Of a stretch of 64,000 nucleotides of DNA, positions 12,350 through 25,450 are shown in pieces. Position numbers and translations under genes: made by a program. The notes under the pieces are model-generated. The model did not search any database. It was not told where the DNA came from and worked only from the letters and a program-made list of their open reading frames with translations. The first letter of the stretch is position 1, and each line of letters starts with the position of its first letter. Source of the DNA: Octopus bimaculoides (taxonomy: Eukaryota); NCBI RefSeq assembly GCF_001194135.2, contig NC_068981.1, positions 1,051,922 through 1,115,921 on the forward strand, read 5' to 3'.

Positions 12350-15254
12350 CTGAAAGTGGAGAAGAAAAAAGATACACAATCGTAACACTCTTATAAAATC
12401 ACCATCATTGTCATCATTTAGCATTCGTTGGCATGGGTTGGACGGTTTGGTCAGGGTTGGAAAGCTGAGGGGGCTGCACTAGACTCCGGTTTGACTTGGC
12501 ATGCCCTTCCTAACGCCAACCAATTAACACTGTACCGGGTGCTTTTTATGTAGCACCAAGTGAGGTTGCCAAGTATTTCGCTAAACAAGACCCACAACCA
12601 AGGGGACAGTTTTGAGGGATGTAGCTTTATACCAGGTGATGAGAGATTCATGATACTGACTCATAAAACAAAACACCCTTCAAATGTCAGGCAATATGCT
12701 GTGCTTGAGAACACCCGTGACCGATGGCAATGTTGTGTAACTGGCACCCATGCCGGTGGGGCATAAAAGGCACCGTTCGAACATTGAGCCCCATGGAGGC
12801 AGTGACAGGAGACTGGATATTAGGACAAAATCCCGCCAGAGAAATTTTACATGAAAATATCAACTTGGAAATCTTTAAAATTTCTTTTTTTATAAAATTT
12901 CACATTTTTATTGTAATGAAAGAATATCCTGGGGGATTATGTACTTGTACCGGTGACTGAGGCCTTCGGTAATATACCATGCTTGAGAAGACCTGTCAAG
13001 CCAAGTAAGATGGTAGTCGTGGCCAATACTGGTGTTAGGTAAGTAGCACGTAGAAAGCACCAGCTAGAGTGGTTGGCATTAGGAAGAGCTCCAGTCGCAG
13101 AAAAGCATGCCAAATCAGATTGGAACCTGGTGCAGTTCTCCACCTTACCAGTTTTCAATCAAACCATCCAACCCATGCCAGCGTGCAAAATGGACATTAA
13201 ATGATGAGAGAAATATAAACACATCTTTATGTAGAGGAGATATATGGCTACCTCCAGCTGGAAAAATAAAGATAGTGGTGAAAGGGTCTCAGGGTGTATC
13301 CTTGCTAAAAGGAGAAAGTTATTTAACGTTTTCTTCTGTGATGTCACACATAAGTTCTATAATCTACAGATTTCCAGCCATGACCACAACATTTTTTTAT
13401 GTCTATCCATTACTACATTATCCAATGAGTCATCATCATCCTTTAATGTCTGTTGTCCATGCTGGTATGGGTTGGATGGTTTGACCAGGGCTGGCATGCT
13501 GGACCAGGCTCCAGTCTGATTTGGCAGAGTTTCTACAGCTGGATGCTCTTCCTAACGCCAACCACTTTACAGAGTGTAATGGGTGCTTTTATGTGCCACC
13601 GGCACGGGTGCCATTTGCATGACACCGGTATCTGCCGCGACTGCAAATTTGCTCAGCTTGATGGGTCTTCTTCTCAAGCACAACATAATGCCAAAGGTCT
13701 TGGTCATTGCCTCCATGAGGCCCAACACTCAAAAGGATCTCAGCCACTTTGCCTCCGTGAGGCCCAGTGCTCAAATGGTGCTCTTTACATGTCAGCATGG
13801 GTGCCAATTACGACACCAACATCAGCCATGACTATGATTTCACTTGGCTTCACAGGTTTTCTCAAGTATAGTATATCTCCAAAGGTCTCGGTCACTAGTC
13901 ATTGCCTCAGTGAGGCCCAAAGTTCAAAGATCATCCTTCACCACTTCGTCCCATCTCTTCCTGGGTCTACCTCTTCCACAGGTTCCCTCCACAGTTAGAG
14001 ATCGGCACTTCTTTAATTTAAGAGAACTGGGATTTGAAATTTGTCTGCTATTTCTAGCAAACCAAGTGACCACATTGAAGCTCGTCTAATATAAGCCCAA
14101 ATCAGTTGAGCAAATCCTATTAATTATAGGCATTCCAACCATAACCATCCAGTATTTTATGTATATATCAGAGACTATATTATATGCATTACTTGTTTGT
14201 TTGTTTGTTTTCCCCCCGCCCACATAATTCTCATCAGATCAGAATTAATTATTCTATTTATCTTGCACGAAAACTAATAGCAATAACAATAATGGTTTCT
14301 GATTTAGGTATAATGGTCAGCATATTTGAAGAAAGCTTTTTAGACGGTGTCATTGACCCCAGGAATTAATACTTTATCGATACCCGAGGAATCAAATAGC
14401 AATAACAATCCTTTCTACTATAAGCAAGACGTCTGAAAATCTGGAAGGGTAGGCGATTACATCGACCCCAGTGCTCAACTGGTCCTTATCCCCAAAAGGA
14501 TGAAAGAAGGTAAAGTCGATCTCGGAAGAACTTGAAGCCGGAAGAAGTGTCGGTAAAGATTTTGTTCAGTTTTTTGCTAACGATTCTACCAAAGATAGAA
14601 ATTACGAAATTCATTTATTTCTGTCCAGTCATTTCTATCATATTAATTATTTAGTATATTTTTAAGAAGAGATTTTTTTTTTTTTGTTTCTACGAACTTT
14701 TCAAACAATCAATGAGTGAACACTATGTAAGTAGGTAAATTCATGGAAGTATTTATTTATATTAGTATACCATCCTATGTAAAGGATTTCAAATTCAATT
14801 ATTCAGACAAGTAGGGAGTCTAAAAAGCAGTCTCTCGCTAGCAAAAGACTTACATTTAAAACTTTACAATGAAAATAGTTTCATAATGAAACATTTTGTT
14901 TAGACACATCATACCAAAAAATTGAAAACATTTCGCTAAAGAAAAAATACTCAATTATCCTCAGGTTAATTCATTATCAGTACACACAAATCGTAAAATT
15001 CCTTTAGATATTTAAACAAGTTAATAGCATCGTCAATACACCAAAATAAAAAGGAATATCTGAAATATATTTAGAAATAAAAAGAAAAAGTTTGTACACA
15101 ATACATCACTGCGATTTGTAAAATGCATTAATAAAGCAAAGCTTTTCCTTTTCATAACGAACAATTAATTACCATATTCATATAAAAAGTTATTTATTTT
15201 ACATTAATGGTTTCTCGTTAATTATATTAAGCGTTATTGTAGAAATATGTTCAC

Positions 15255-15340
15255 CTTGTCTTTCAGAACCGTCACAAGTTTCGGGTCGCGCGAAGATACA
15301 AACTTTGGACATAAAATTGATTTGGCGCGAAAAATTTCCC
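15255..15340 (-). promoter_or_regulatory. CHAF1B: Candidate CHAF1B promoter and non-coding first exon with overlapping double E2F site TTTGGCGCGAAA (15321-15332)
   Basis: CpG-rich patch. The 12-mer is the reverse complement of the DHFR-type E2F site TTTCGCGCCAAA. A second TTCGCGCG lies at about 15286-15294, and a candidate donor AAG|GTGAAC at 15255/15254. The first coding exon starts at ATG right after an acceptor, so an upstream UTR exon is required. Confidence 0.6.
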
Positions 15341-16406
15341 ACAATCCTTTACGGTGGCCTTTATAAATTCCTGCTTGTATTAGCAGCAGCAGCAGCTTTT
15401 TCTTGTATTCGCGATGGTACCCTGATAGTATTGGCGATAGTATTAGGTGGTGGAGTCTGTTCGTAGAGGTTATAGTGGAACGGCGGAGTTTCGGATCAGG
15501 ATGTCCACATAAGTTGGAATTTCTCTGTTTTGACGGGGAATTTTCCAATTTTTTTCCCTCAAATGATGGAGATCCGGGCATTTTTTTATGAAAAGAAGTT
15601 TTCAAAGATTATGGAACTTGCTTGTAGTTGGTGGAACCTGCCTGTGATACTTCTTATACAATACGGATACCGATGAACGGTTCTTGCCTTGGCCATCTCC
15701 CTCTTTTTCTTTTTCAGTTTATACTCCATTGTCATGAGTCCTTCCTTTTTCCAGCAACGTTGGGAAGTTATTCGGCTGTTATTTCTAACTGATTGTGTGA
15801 CCACCTTCAACCACAGAGGAAACCACTACATAGTCGTTTGAGCAGCTAGAAATAGCAGCCAAATTGCCGTACATCTTACTATCTTAAAAGAGAAAAGACA
15901 CAGATAATATATTCCTAGATATACAAAATCACGGTTGTTTCCACCGTGATTTTGTATAGGCGCTTCGGTCATGACCATCCTGACATTTCCTAATAATGAG
16001 TACATAGGAAGACTACAGTATCGAATGACTTCTTTTTAATCCGTACGATGTGATTAAGGTAAATCTGGCTGTCATTTCTAGCAAGTATATCAACCACTTA
16101 GAACATCCTTCTCTAACAACACGCGTTGTGGTTGTTGCTGTTGTTCAAATCCCAAATCAGTCCTGATCGAGCTATCAGCGATCAAAGACGTTCCAACCGT
16201 GACCACTTTGTCTTAGTGATATGACTAGGACTATTATTATCCAATGTGGCCTTCAGTTAAAAGAATATAGTCTAGTTAGAAGAGGGGCTTGGGTGTTATT
16301 TCTAGCAAGGGAAGCGACCACGTATGAACTCTCTTGTTAGCGTGGTATTGATGGAATCCCTTAACACGACTTCAGCAAGTATGAAGTCTCTGCTTCACTG
16401 CGGAGT

Positions 16407-18200
16407 TGTAATAAGGACGAGACTGGCTTGTTCTGGAAGAAGGTGCCTTCCAGAACGTACATCATGAAGGACGAAGCCAGAACCACAGGATTTAAGGCAC
16501 AGAAGGACAGAGTGATGCTAATTATGTGTAGCAATGCTGCTGGTTTCATGATGAAATCAGGACTTATCTACTAGTCCGCGAACATGAGGGCCTTCAAAAG
16601 TAAGAATAAAAACCCACTGTTTGTCCACTGGATGCACAACTCCAAGGCCTGGATTACCAAAAGTCTAAGTTTGAATCGGTTCCACTAATGCTTCATCCCT
16701 CAAGCCAAAGAATACCTCCAAAATGTTTGCATGAAATTCAAGGTGTTGCTTGTTATGGATAATGTTGTTGGTCACTCTTCGGATGTGAATCACGAGGGAA
16801 TCTAAGTCAAGTTCCTTCCTGCCAACACCACCTCCCTCATCCAGCCTATGGATCTGTGCCTTCAATGTGCTTTACACTCGGAACTCTCTCCTACACCTTG
16901 TGGACGCAATGGATTCGGACGACAATATTTACTAAGAGGAACACTGGCGTAACTTCACGATCGCTACGTGCCTGTCAGTCATCCGCGCTGCTCTTAAAGA
17001 CATGAAAAAAGAAACCCTCATCGCATGCTGGAAGAAAGTGTGGCCAGAGTGTGTCCAGGACTACGAGGGCTTCTCACCTGAAAATGTTCAGCACGAGGCT
17101 GTCAACAATGCGGTGAAACTGGCAAAGGTACTTGGTGGCGAAGGTTTTGACGACATCACGCAAGATGGGGTCAACGACCTCATCGATGCCCACGCTGAAA
17201 CCCTGACAGAGGAAGATTTGCTGGAGTTAACGAAGTCTGCCAGCGAAGAGGAGGAGGAAGCACCAGATCCAGAGGAAAAGGAGTATAGGAAAGTTGGTTA
17301 TACGTCATTAGATGTATACCTGACTTTCCTATATAAAATTAAGATATTAAACGGAACGCTGAACTCCAGACTATCAACTTAAACAACACTTTATTTAGGT
17401 GGTAAATATATTCATCTTTAGTTCTTGTTGTTACAGCTTCTCTGTGTATGAGCATAGTTGTTGGGACGTTGTTATGTAGATGTGAGCGAGCTGTCGAGTG
17501 TAAGTCCGAAAGATGGAGAGTGACAGCTATACACGTAAAGAGACTGTCTCCAGGCTGGAATGTTGGAGACACTGCTTGATACGTCCATGCTCTATTGCTG
17601 GCCAGCAAGAAAGAGACTGTCTCCAGGTTNNNNNNNNNNGGAGACACTGCTTGATACGTCCATGCTCTATTGCTGGCCAGCAAGAAAGAGACTGTCTCCA
17701 GGTTGGAATGCTGGAGACACTGCTTGACACGTCCATGCTCATGGCCGGCCGACCGAGAAAGAGATAGAATTAAGCGGGAAAGCTTGCTTGTTTAATTCCA
17801 CGCATGCGCACGGCGTTACTACAGGAGGATAAGATGGACCTCCCAATCAAACGTCTGTCCGACCTTTTGAGGACAGCAAAGGAATTGCAAAGGAAGGCGG
17901 AAGCATGCGATCCTTATATGGTTCGGTCTCTCCAATTTAAAAATGCCATCGATGGTGCCATGCAGACATATAAGACTCTCCTCACCACCATGAAGTACCA
18001 ACGACAGCAACTTCCCATCACAATGTCCCCCAAGCCCAGCAAGAAAGCCTTGCAGGAAGATACGACATCCCCTAAACACCTGAAGAAGAGGTGTCACCTG
18101 AAGAGCTTTAAATCTTCTTTGCTGTGCAGTCATTACCTTCATTATTTTTATCATCATCGTCTTAAATCAATATCATTCATTATTGGTGAGTAACAGTACA
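16407..18200 (+). mobile_element. Degenerate Tigger/pogo-family DNA transposon (DDE_1 transposase pseudogene), 5'-truncated and split by a solo LTR
   Basis: Hand translation NKDETGLFWKKVPSRTYI...KAQKDRV...MDNVVGH...FLPANTTSLIQPMD with in-frame stops; the C-terminal part continues in ORFs 17002 and 17804. Confidence 0.9.
17284..17823 (-). mobile_element. Solo LTR (probably Gypsy-type) inserted in the Tigger transposase
   Basis: 4-bp TSD GGAG at 17280-17283 and 17824-17827; termini TATAG...CTACA (one mismatch from TGTAG...CTACA); minus-strand AATAAA at 17390-17395; removal restores the frame PEEKE-DKMDL. Confidence 0.75.
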
Positions 18201-19236
18201 TTTACTTTATTTTTTTATTAAATTATCCTTATATATATATATGTGTATATATATATATANNNNNNNNNNNNNNNNNNNNNNNNNNNNNNNNNNNNNNNNN
18301 NNNNNNNNNNNNNNNNNNNNNNNNNNNNNNNNNNNNNNNNNNNNNNNNNNNNNNNNNNNNNNNNNNNNNNNNNNNNNNNNNNNNNNNNNNNNNNNNNNNN
18401 NNNNNNNNNNNNNNNNNNNNNNNNNNNNNNNNNNNNNNNNNNNNNNNNNNNNNNNNNNNNNNNNNNNNNNNNNNNNNNNNNNNNNNNNNNNNNNNNNNNN
18501 NNNNNNNNNNNNNNNNNNNNNNNNNNNNNNNNNNNNNNNNNNNNNNNNNNNNNNNNNNNNNNNNNNNNNNNNNNNNNNNNNNNNNNNNNNNNNNNNNNNN
18601 NNNNNNNNNNNNNNNNNNNNNNNNNNNNNNNNNNNNNNNNNNTGTGTGTGTGTGTGTGTGTTTGTGTGTCTGTGTTTGTCCCCCCAACATCGCTTGACAA
18701 CCGATCGTAGTGTGTTTACGTCCCCGTAACTTAGCGGTTCAGCAAAAGAAACCGATAGAATAAGTACTAGGCTTACAAAGAATAAGTCCTGGGGTCACAG
18801 TCAAATGACTGAAACAAATAAAAGAAATTAAAAAAAAAGAATATCCGGAAATTGATGCTAAATGAAATTTTCATTTTCCGCTTCTTAAAAAAAAAAAACT
18901 ACGCCTTTCGTCATTTAGACCTGTCATTATCAAGGACCCCTTTTATTCAAATGAGTTTTCCCATGGACCCCAGGATATTGAAAGGTCTGTCAGCTTAATA
19001 AAATGTCCACGGACCCCCAGTACTACATTTTTGAGGACCACCAAGGGTCCGCAGTTCACAGGTTGGGAACCACTGATTTAGAGGGTCAACAAAATACTAT
19101 AAATATTGAGGGGTTAATTCAAATGCCGATACCCTTTCTTTACAAATTCGTGGCTATCATTTGAAATTATGTTAACCGTATTGACTTTTAGAATATTCTA
19201 TCGACGGCCACTCAAGATATGAATGACAGCGCTTAC

Positions 19237-19390
19237 ATTTACGCGTTGGATCCCTTTATTTCAACATTGTTGGTTGTGACAGGGTTATACTGTGCCCAGT
19301 GCCATCTTTAAGCATGTCCGGGAGCGAAATTTTGTTTCCCACGAGAGTTCCGGACTCTAGTAATGAACTCATTTGCATACATCCAATCAG
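19237..19390. promoter_or_regulatory. Promoter-like motif cluster between CHAF1B and C1QBP
   Basis: YY1-like GCCATCTT 19301-19308, CGTGGGAAA on the minus strand at about 19335-19343, octamer ATTTGCAT 19371-19378, CCAATCAG 19383-19390, minus-strand donor-like GTAAG at 19236. Confidence 0.35.
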
Positions 19391-20828
19391 AGCAGAGCCA
19401 CCTTTATCCTTTCTTCCTTTCTAGTGCACAGTGCATTCCTTACTCTTTCCCTCTCTACTGGCAGACAGCAATTTCTCCGTCCTCTACCTGTCGGGCAAAC
19501 GAATAGTAAATAATATTTCTTCCTTCTTAGTGTTGATCTTTCGATGTTCACTGGTTACTACTCTGACGTTGGTACTAATTGAATTGCTGGAGTTACTTAA
19601 TTTTTTCCAGAAAAATGTTTTTAAAAAGTTATAGATAGAGCTTTAGAGTTTGATCACTTCCACCCAGTCAGGAAACAGGATTATAGGGCCCAGCGAATTG
19701 ATTTGCCCAGAGGCCTATGATGCAGTTACGAAGGCCCCTGACTACCTTGTCGAGCTGCAATTATATTTTACCATGAGTGAGGGATGCTTCCTTTGCTTGT
19801 AACATTCTTCCATAGACGTGAATCGTTACAGAAGTTATTCAGATTCAACCAATCTTCTCTTCTTTGTTACACTAAATTATTTTCTTTCTGCTCTCCTCTC
19901 GTAATGCCAGACCTAATATGTCGCCGGCTTTAGCACCAACACGATCATCGGGTACCTTTAGTGGGCCTTTCTTGTCACTCCTTTGAAGGGCAGCAAAAAT
20001 TGCGAGCACTTCTCTCCTTCCTTGTCTAAATTATAAAATATAATTCAAATTGACAGTACACTAATCTTACAATTATTATTATTTCTGTCATAAAATCTAG
20101 GTTATTAAAACTATTGCGTACTTGTTTGTTTGTGATATTGGTTTCAAATTTTGGTACAAGGCCAGCTAGTTCAGGAGAGAGGGTAAGTCAGTAACGTCAA
20201 CCTCAGCGCGCAACTGGTACTTATTTTATCGACCCTGAAAGTTACAGTCGATTTCGGCAGAATTTGAATTCAGAACAGACGAAATGCCGCTAATCATTTT
20301 GCCCGCGTGCCAACGATTCTGCCAACTCGCTGCCTTGTTTGCCTCTAATATTACGAATATGGTGTGTGAGTAAATCCATATTAAGATGATTTAACAAAAT
20401 AATTTCTAGTCATTTCCTTTGTATTGCTCCATTTTTCTAGCTAAGTCTAACACATCACCCGGTTTAACACCACCACGATCTTTGGGTGCCTTGACATTTT
20501 TGAAAGACCTACAAAAGTCGTAACAGCGACTTTTCTCCTTTTCTGACTAAATAATAAAAATTTTTAAAAATTCAAATCGACCATATCTTATAATTATTTT
20601 TATTCTCTATAAACTCCGAGGTCATTGACTGTTTTGTACTTGTCTGTGTGTGTGTGAGTGACATTAACTATATAAAACATGTGTGGCTCTGTAGTAGAAT
20701 GGTTCAGCAAGTAATTAATTAGCTCCACTCCCCAATTATCTGCCTTTAGTCACATCGCAGTTATCGTCCTTGCAAACTACTTCAGCCTCTGACCTGAATT
20801 CGTGGCTTGAGGTTGTTTTAATCTAAAA

Positions 20829-21204
20829 ATGTTTTCGAGTAGTCTAATACCTATTCGTTTACATAAACAAGGAATTCAGCTAACCAAGATGACCTCCAGT
20901 ATAGTTCGACACCTTAGTAGTGGTCAGTATTGGCGAACAGCTTTCAAAATGTCTGAAAAAAGTGTTGGCCCCGTTAATGTAGGCAGTACTTCAAGTATAA
21001 CCAAGGTGAATCAGTTTTGTAACCCATTCTTCAATGCAGCCAGATTTTATTCACGTTTCTCTTATTCTACGTCCAGTTCATCTGTTTCTATATTTCCATC
21101 TGTGACCGGTAAATTCATTTCTTCCACACCGCGACTCTTCACCTCTCAACCTCAACTTGCCAATGTCACCTCAAGTCAGCATTACCGGCTGCTACACACA
21201 GAAG
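20829..21204 (+). CDS. C1QBP: C1QBP/p32 exon 1: long mitochondrial presequence ending ...HYRLLHTE
   Basis: S/T/R-rich, acid-poor ORF ending LHTE-G|GTAAGA, like the human mature start LHTDG at the exon 1 boundary. The start codon is uncertain (20829, 20889 or 20949). Confidence 0.85.
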
Positions 21205-22659
21205 GTAAGAATTCTATGTTTAACTCCCCACCACATGTATACTATATATATATATATATATACACACAATAGTATTTCTAGACTTGTCGACAATTAACTA
21301 AAACTCTATCACGTAATGTTGATTCTCTTTCCACATGAAATTTTTCGAAAAGTCTGGAATTTTTGTTATATTTTACTTTGTTTTTTTACCAATTCTGTTG
21401 TCATAGTTATGTAATTCTAATATGTATAACCCCATAATAACTAATTTTATTTTGTTTATTCTACACAAGTCCCAATTTCGTGTACATCAAAGTTATGTTA
21501 CTTTATAATTATATCTGGAGGGTGCTTCATTAAATAATCCATTTCATGTCCATACCACGTGGTTAACTAGCTTCCCTTTCAGCGATACACTTTAACTCCT
21601 CCACATATATTTTACCACATTTATTGAAGGATTCTATCAAACTCTGATTCCGTTGTGTGACCTGAAAGTATCATTTTACGTTTTAGAATTATTTTATTAC
21701 GTGTTTCCTTAGCGCCGAATTTCAACAACCGGCATTGATGACCTACCTACTTTCAAGTAAACACCTTGTCCTCAATACATTCTTTTCAATTACGATATTT
21801 TTTATCGATGGATAATAAAATAGTTGTTTTAATTTTTCATGGTTTGAGATAGTTTAGAAAATAAAACAAAAACTGTATACATTTATTGAATAATGGAGCG
21901 CACATTGCCATGATGCGAGTGTGGTCGATGCCAAGCTCACCACGTACGATATTTTAATTAATTTTTTTTTTACAGTTGAATTAATCGTTACTGTTGCATA
22001 AAATGTTTAAATGACGGCAGTGGTGAATGGCCAAATTGGTAGAATACTTGACAAAATACCTTGTGGTTTTGTTTAGTTATTTCCCTTTGCGTTCTGTGTT
22101 CGATTTCTACATGCGGTCGACCTTGCCCAACATTTTGTATCCTTGAAGACATGCGCACGTTTAGCGGCACCGAAATTTCGTCAGAATTTTGGGATAGCTG
22201 TCCCTCGAAGTCCCTGTACACTTTCCTTTCGTGGGAGAGGAAAAGCGGGTTAATATCTAGTTTAACACCCGGCCACCAAAAGAAAAAAAAGTGTAATAGG
22301 TGTTTTAAAAAAAAAAAATGTAATAAACGAATCTGAAAACAAAATTTGCGGAAACGAACCGGGGCTAGGGAGAGGACTTTCGGAAAATTCACACGATCCG
22401 ATTTTTTCCCTCGACTTTCAGGAAAATGGATATCTTTTAATGGAATTTTATATAAATACCTTTCAAACGGCATAGATTACTATTATAAAGAAATACACAC
22501 ATACTGTATACTAGCAATGCTTCCCGGCGTTGCCTGGGTGTTATGACCTACAACCACATTGTATTATTTGTTCCCTTCTTATGGGTAGAATAGGCACGGC
22601 CGATATATAGTTTAGTGTCCAATGAAGGAATGTTACGCGTAAGTGGGCTGGCTACACCC

Positions 22660-22885
22660 CTGGTATAGGTCTTCTCACGCACAGCATATTTCCAAAGGTC
22701 TCGGTCACAAGTCATTGCCTCGGTGAAGCCTAATGTTCGGAGGTCGTGCTTCACCACCTCATCCCAGGTCTTCCTGGGCCTACCTCTTCCACGGGTTCCC
22801 TCAACCGCCAGGGTGTGGCACTTTTTCACACAGCTATACTCATCCATTCTCGCCACATGTCCATACCAGTGCAATCGTCTCTCTT
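22660..22885 (-). mobile_element. RTE LINE C-terminal fragment
   Basis: WYGHVARMDEYSCVKKC...GRGRPRKTWDEVVKHDL...DRDLW. Confidence 0.88.
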
Positions 22886-23500
22886 GACGTGGGCACTCTT
22901 AAGAGTGTGAAGAAAGTTTATAAAAGCTTAAATATATAAGAATAAAAAAATAAATATAGGTGCAGGGGTGGCTGTGTGGTAAGTAGCTTGCTAACCAACC
23001 ACATGGTTCCAGGTTCAGTCCCACTGCGTGGCACCTAGGGCAAGTGTCTTTTACTATAGCCTAGGATTTAGTAGACGGAAACTGAAAGAAGCCCGTCGTA
23101 TATATGTATGTATGTGTGTATATATATATGTATGTATGTGTTTGTTCCCCCAACATCGCTTAACAACTGATGCCGGTGTGTTTACGCTCCCGTAACTTAG
23201 CGGTTAGACAAAAGAGACTGATAGAATAAGTACTAGTCTTACAAAGAATAAGTCCTGGGGTCGATTTGCTCGACTAAAGGCAGTGCTCCAGCATGGCCAC
23301 AGTCAAATGACTGAAACAAGTAAAAGAATATATATATATATATATGCATACACACTATGGAAAACTCAGGAGGTAAAAAAAGAGAAGACATGGGCACTCT
23401 TAAGAGTGTGAGGAAAGTTTATAAAAGCTTAAATATATAAAAAAAAAATTTAAAAATATATATACAAATTATATGATGATGATAATATATATATATATAT

Positions 23501-23826
23501 AATGGAAAGAACTATATCCAAATTAAAGGCACGGCTATGGGAACGAGGTTTGCTCCCATTTATGCGAATTCGGTGATGGATTACTTAGAACAAAAACTCT
23601 ACCAGGAAATAGAAGAGAGATACAACACTGAATATAGGAAGTATATTGAAAAAGCATGGAAAAGATACCTTGACGATTGCTTTATAATCTGGACAAAATC
23701 TCAAAACACTGTGGAAGAATTCAACACCCTCCTGAACAACCTACACCCATCCATCCAATTTACAAAGGAGATGAACAGTAGCAAATTACCATTTCTAGAT
23801 ATAATGGTAGTTAAAAGGAACACCGC
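23501..23826 (+). mobile_element. Penelope-like element reverse transcriptase fragment
   Basis: YIQIKGTAMGTRFAPIYAN...WKRYLDDCFIIW...LNNLHPSIQFT...LPFLDIMV are PLE RT motifs. Confidence 0.9.
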
Positions 23827-24764
23827 CAAATATATATATATCATCATCATCGTTTAACGTCCGCTTTCCATGCTAGCATGGGTTGGACNNNNNNNNNNNN
23901 NNNNNNNNNNNNNNNNNNNNNNNNNNNNNNNNNNNNNNNNNNNNNNNNNNNNNNNNNNNNNNNNNNNNNNNNNNNNNNNNNNNNNNNNNNNNNNNNNNNN
24001 NNNNNNNNNNNNNNNNNNNNNNNNNNNNNNNNNNNNNNNNNNNNNNNNNNNNNNNNNNNNNNNNNNNNNNNNNNNNNNNNNNNNNNNNNNNNNNNNNNNN
24101 NNNNNNNNNNNNNNNNNNNNNNNNNNNNNNNNNNNNNNNNNNNNNNNNNNNNNNNNNNNNNNNNNNNNNNNNNNNNNNNNNNNNNNNNNNNNNNNNNNNN
24201 NNNNNNNNNNNNNNNNNNNNNNNNNNNNNNNNNNNNNNNNNNNNNNNNNNNNNNNNNNNNNNNNNNNNNNNNNNNNNNNNNNNNNNNNNNNNNNNNNNNN
24301 NNNNNNNNNNNNNNNNNNNNNNNNNNNNNNNNNNNNNNNNNNNNNNNNNNNNNNNNNNNNNNNNNNNNNNNNNNNNNNNNNNNNNNNNNNNNNNNNNNNN
24401 NNNNNNNNNNNNNNNNNNNNNNNNNNNNNNNNNNNNNNNNNNNNNNNNNNNNNNNNNNNNNNNNNNNNNNNNNNNNNNNNNNNNNNNNNNNNNNNNNNNN
24501 NNNNNNNNNNNNNNNNNNNNNNNNNNNNNNNNNNNNNNNNNNNNNNNNNNNNNNNNNNNNNNNNNNNNNNNNNNNNNNNNNNNNNNNNNNNNNNNNNNNN
24601 NNNNNNNNNNNNNNNNNNNNNNNNNNNNNNNNNNNNNNNNNNNNNNNNNNNNNNNNNNNNNNNNNNNNNNNNNNNNNNNNNNNNNNNNNNNNNNNNNNNN
24701 NNNNNNNNNNNNNNNNNNNNNNNNNNNNNNNNNNNNNNNNNNNNNNNNNNNNNNNNNNNNNNNN

Positions 24765-24802
<38 letters not shown>

Positions 24803-24975
24803 CCTAAGTATTGTAGTGTGTCCTTGACTATTATTTGTGTCCTTTTTTGCTTTAAGATGGTGGGGTGATATTTGGCTGCTACTTCTGACCTGACAGGTCC
24901 CTTTTTGGAACTGTTCTTAAAAATATAAAGTAGATAATGTTTTTTTTTAATTTTTCTTTTTTTTTCTCCCTTTAG

Positions 24976-25126
24976 TTGATGCTGAACTCTCCAGATTTTT
25001 AGAGAAAGAAATCGGTCTTGGCCAAAATACAAAAAAATATCCCGCCAAACTTCCAGTAATTGACGGATTTGACATTGTTACAGACAACGCCAAAATCACT
25101 CTCACAAAGACTTTAGGCAATGAAAC
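24976..25126 (+). CDS. C1QBP: C1QBP exon 2 (VDAELSRFLEKEIGLGQNTKKYPAKLPVIDGFDIVTDNAKITLTKTLGNET)
   Basis: Hand-translated; MAM33-family N-terminal helix and strands. tttag acceptor, GTAAGT donor; 151 nt, phase 1 to 2. Confidence 0.9.
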
Positions 25127-25450
25127 GTAAGTTCGACAAAGCATTATATTACCAATTTATGCTTATTTACTAACCTGATTGGGTAGTTGTAATACTGACG
25201 TTAAGTTTTAACATGGTTGAGATGGCTCTGACTAACGAGTTCACCACATCCCTCACTCCATCCAAATGTTAACCACATCTGGTGGTCATCAGCAGTTAAC
25301 ACTGTGATGGATACCTACTTTATAATACAAAACTTATAAGAAAGAATTATATGTAAGGACTACAGCATCCGTGGGGGCCAAACAGGATCCTGGCCCACTC
25401 CTGAAGAAACATGCTTTTCACTATGCTTTCTATTTCCTATGCTTTGTATA

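Noticed and set aside
14375-14382. TATCGATA (DREF-type element) upstream of CHAF1B
   Set aside because: It lies in a decayed SINE B block whose consensus is ttatcgacccc, so it is probably a chance mutation.
15234-15810. Minus-strand ORFs of 123 and 74 aa near the CHAF1B promoter
   Set aside because: No recognisable domain or splice pattern; only a vague resemblance to decayed transposon sequence.
23870-24868. Long ORFs in the supplied track made of X, or of YI/CV/TH repeats
   Set aside because: They are artefacts of N-gaps and microsatellites.
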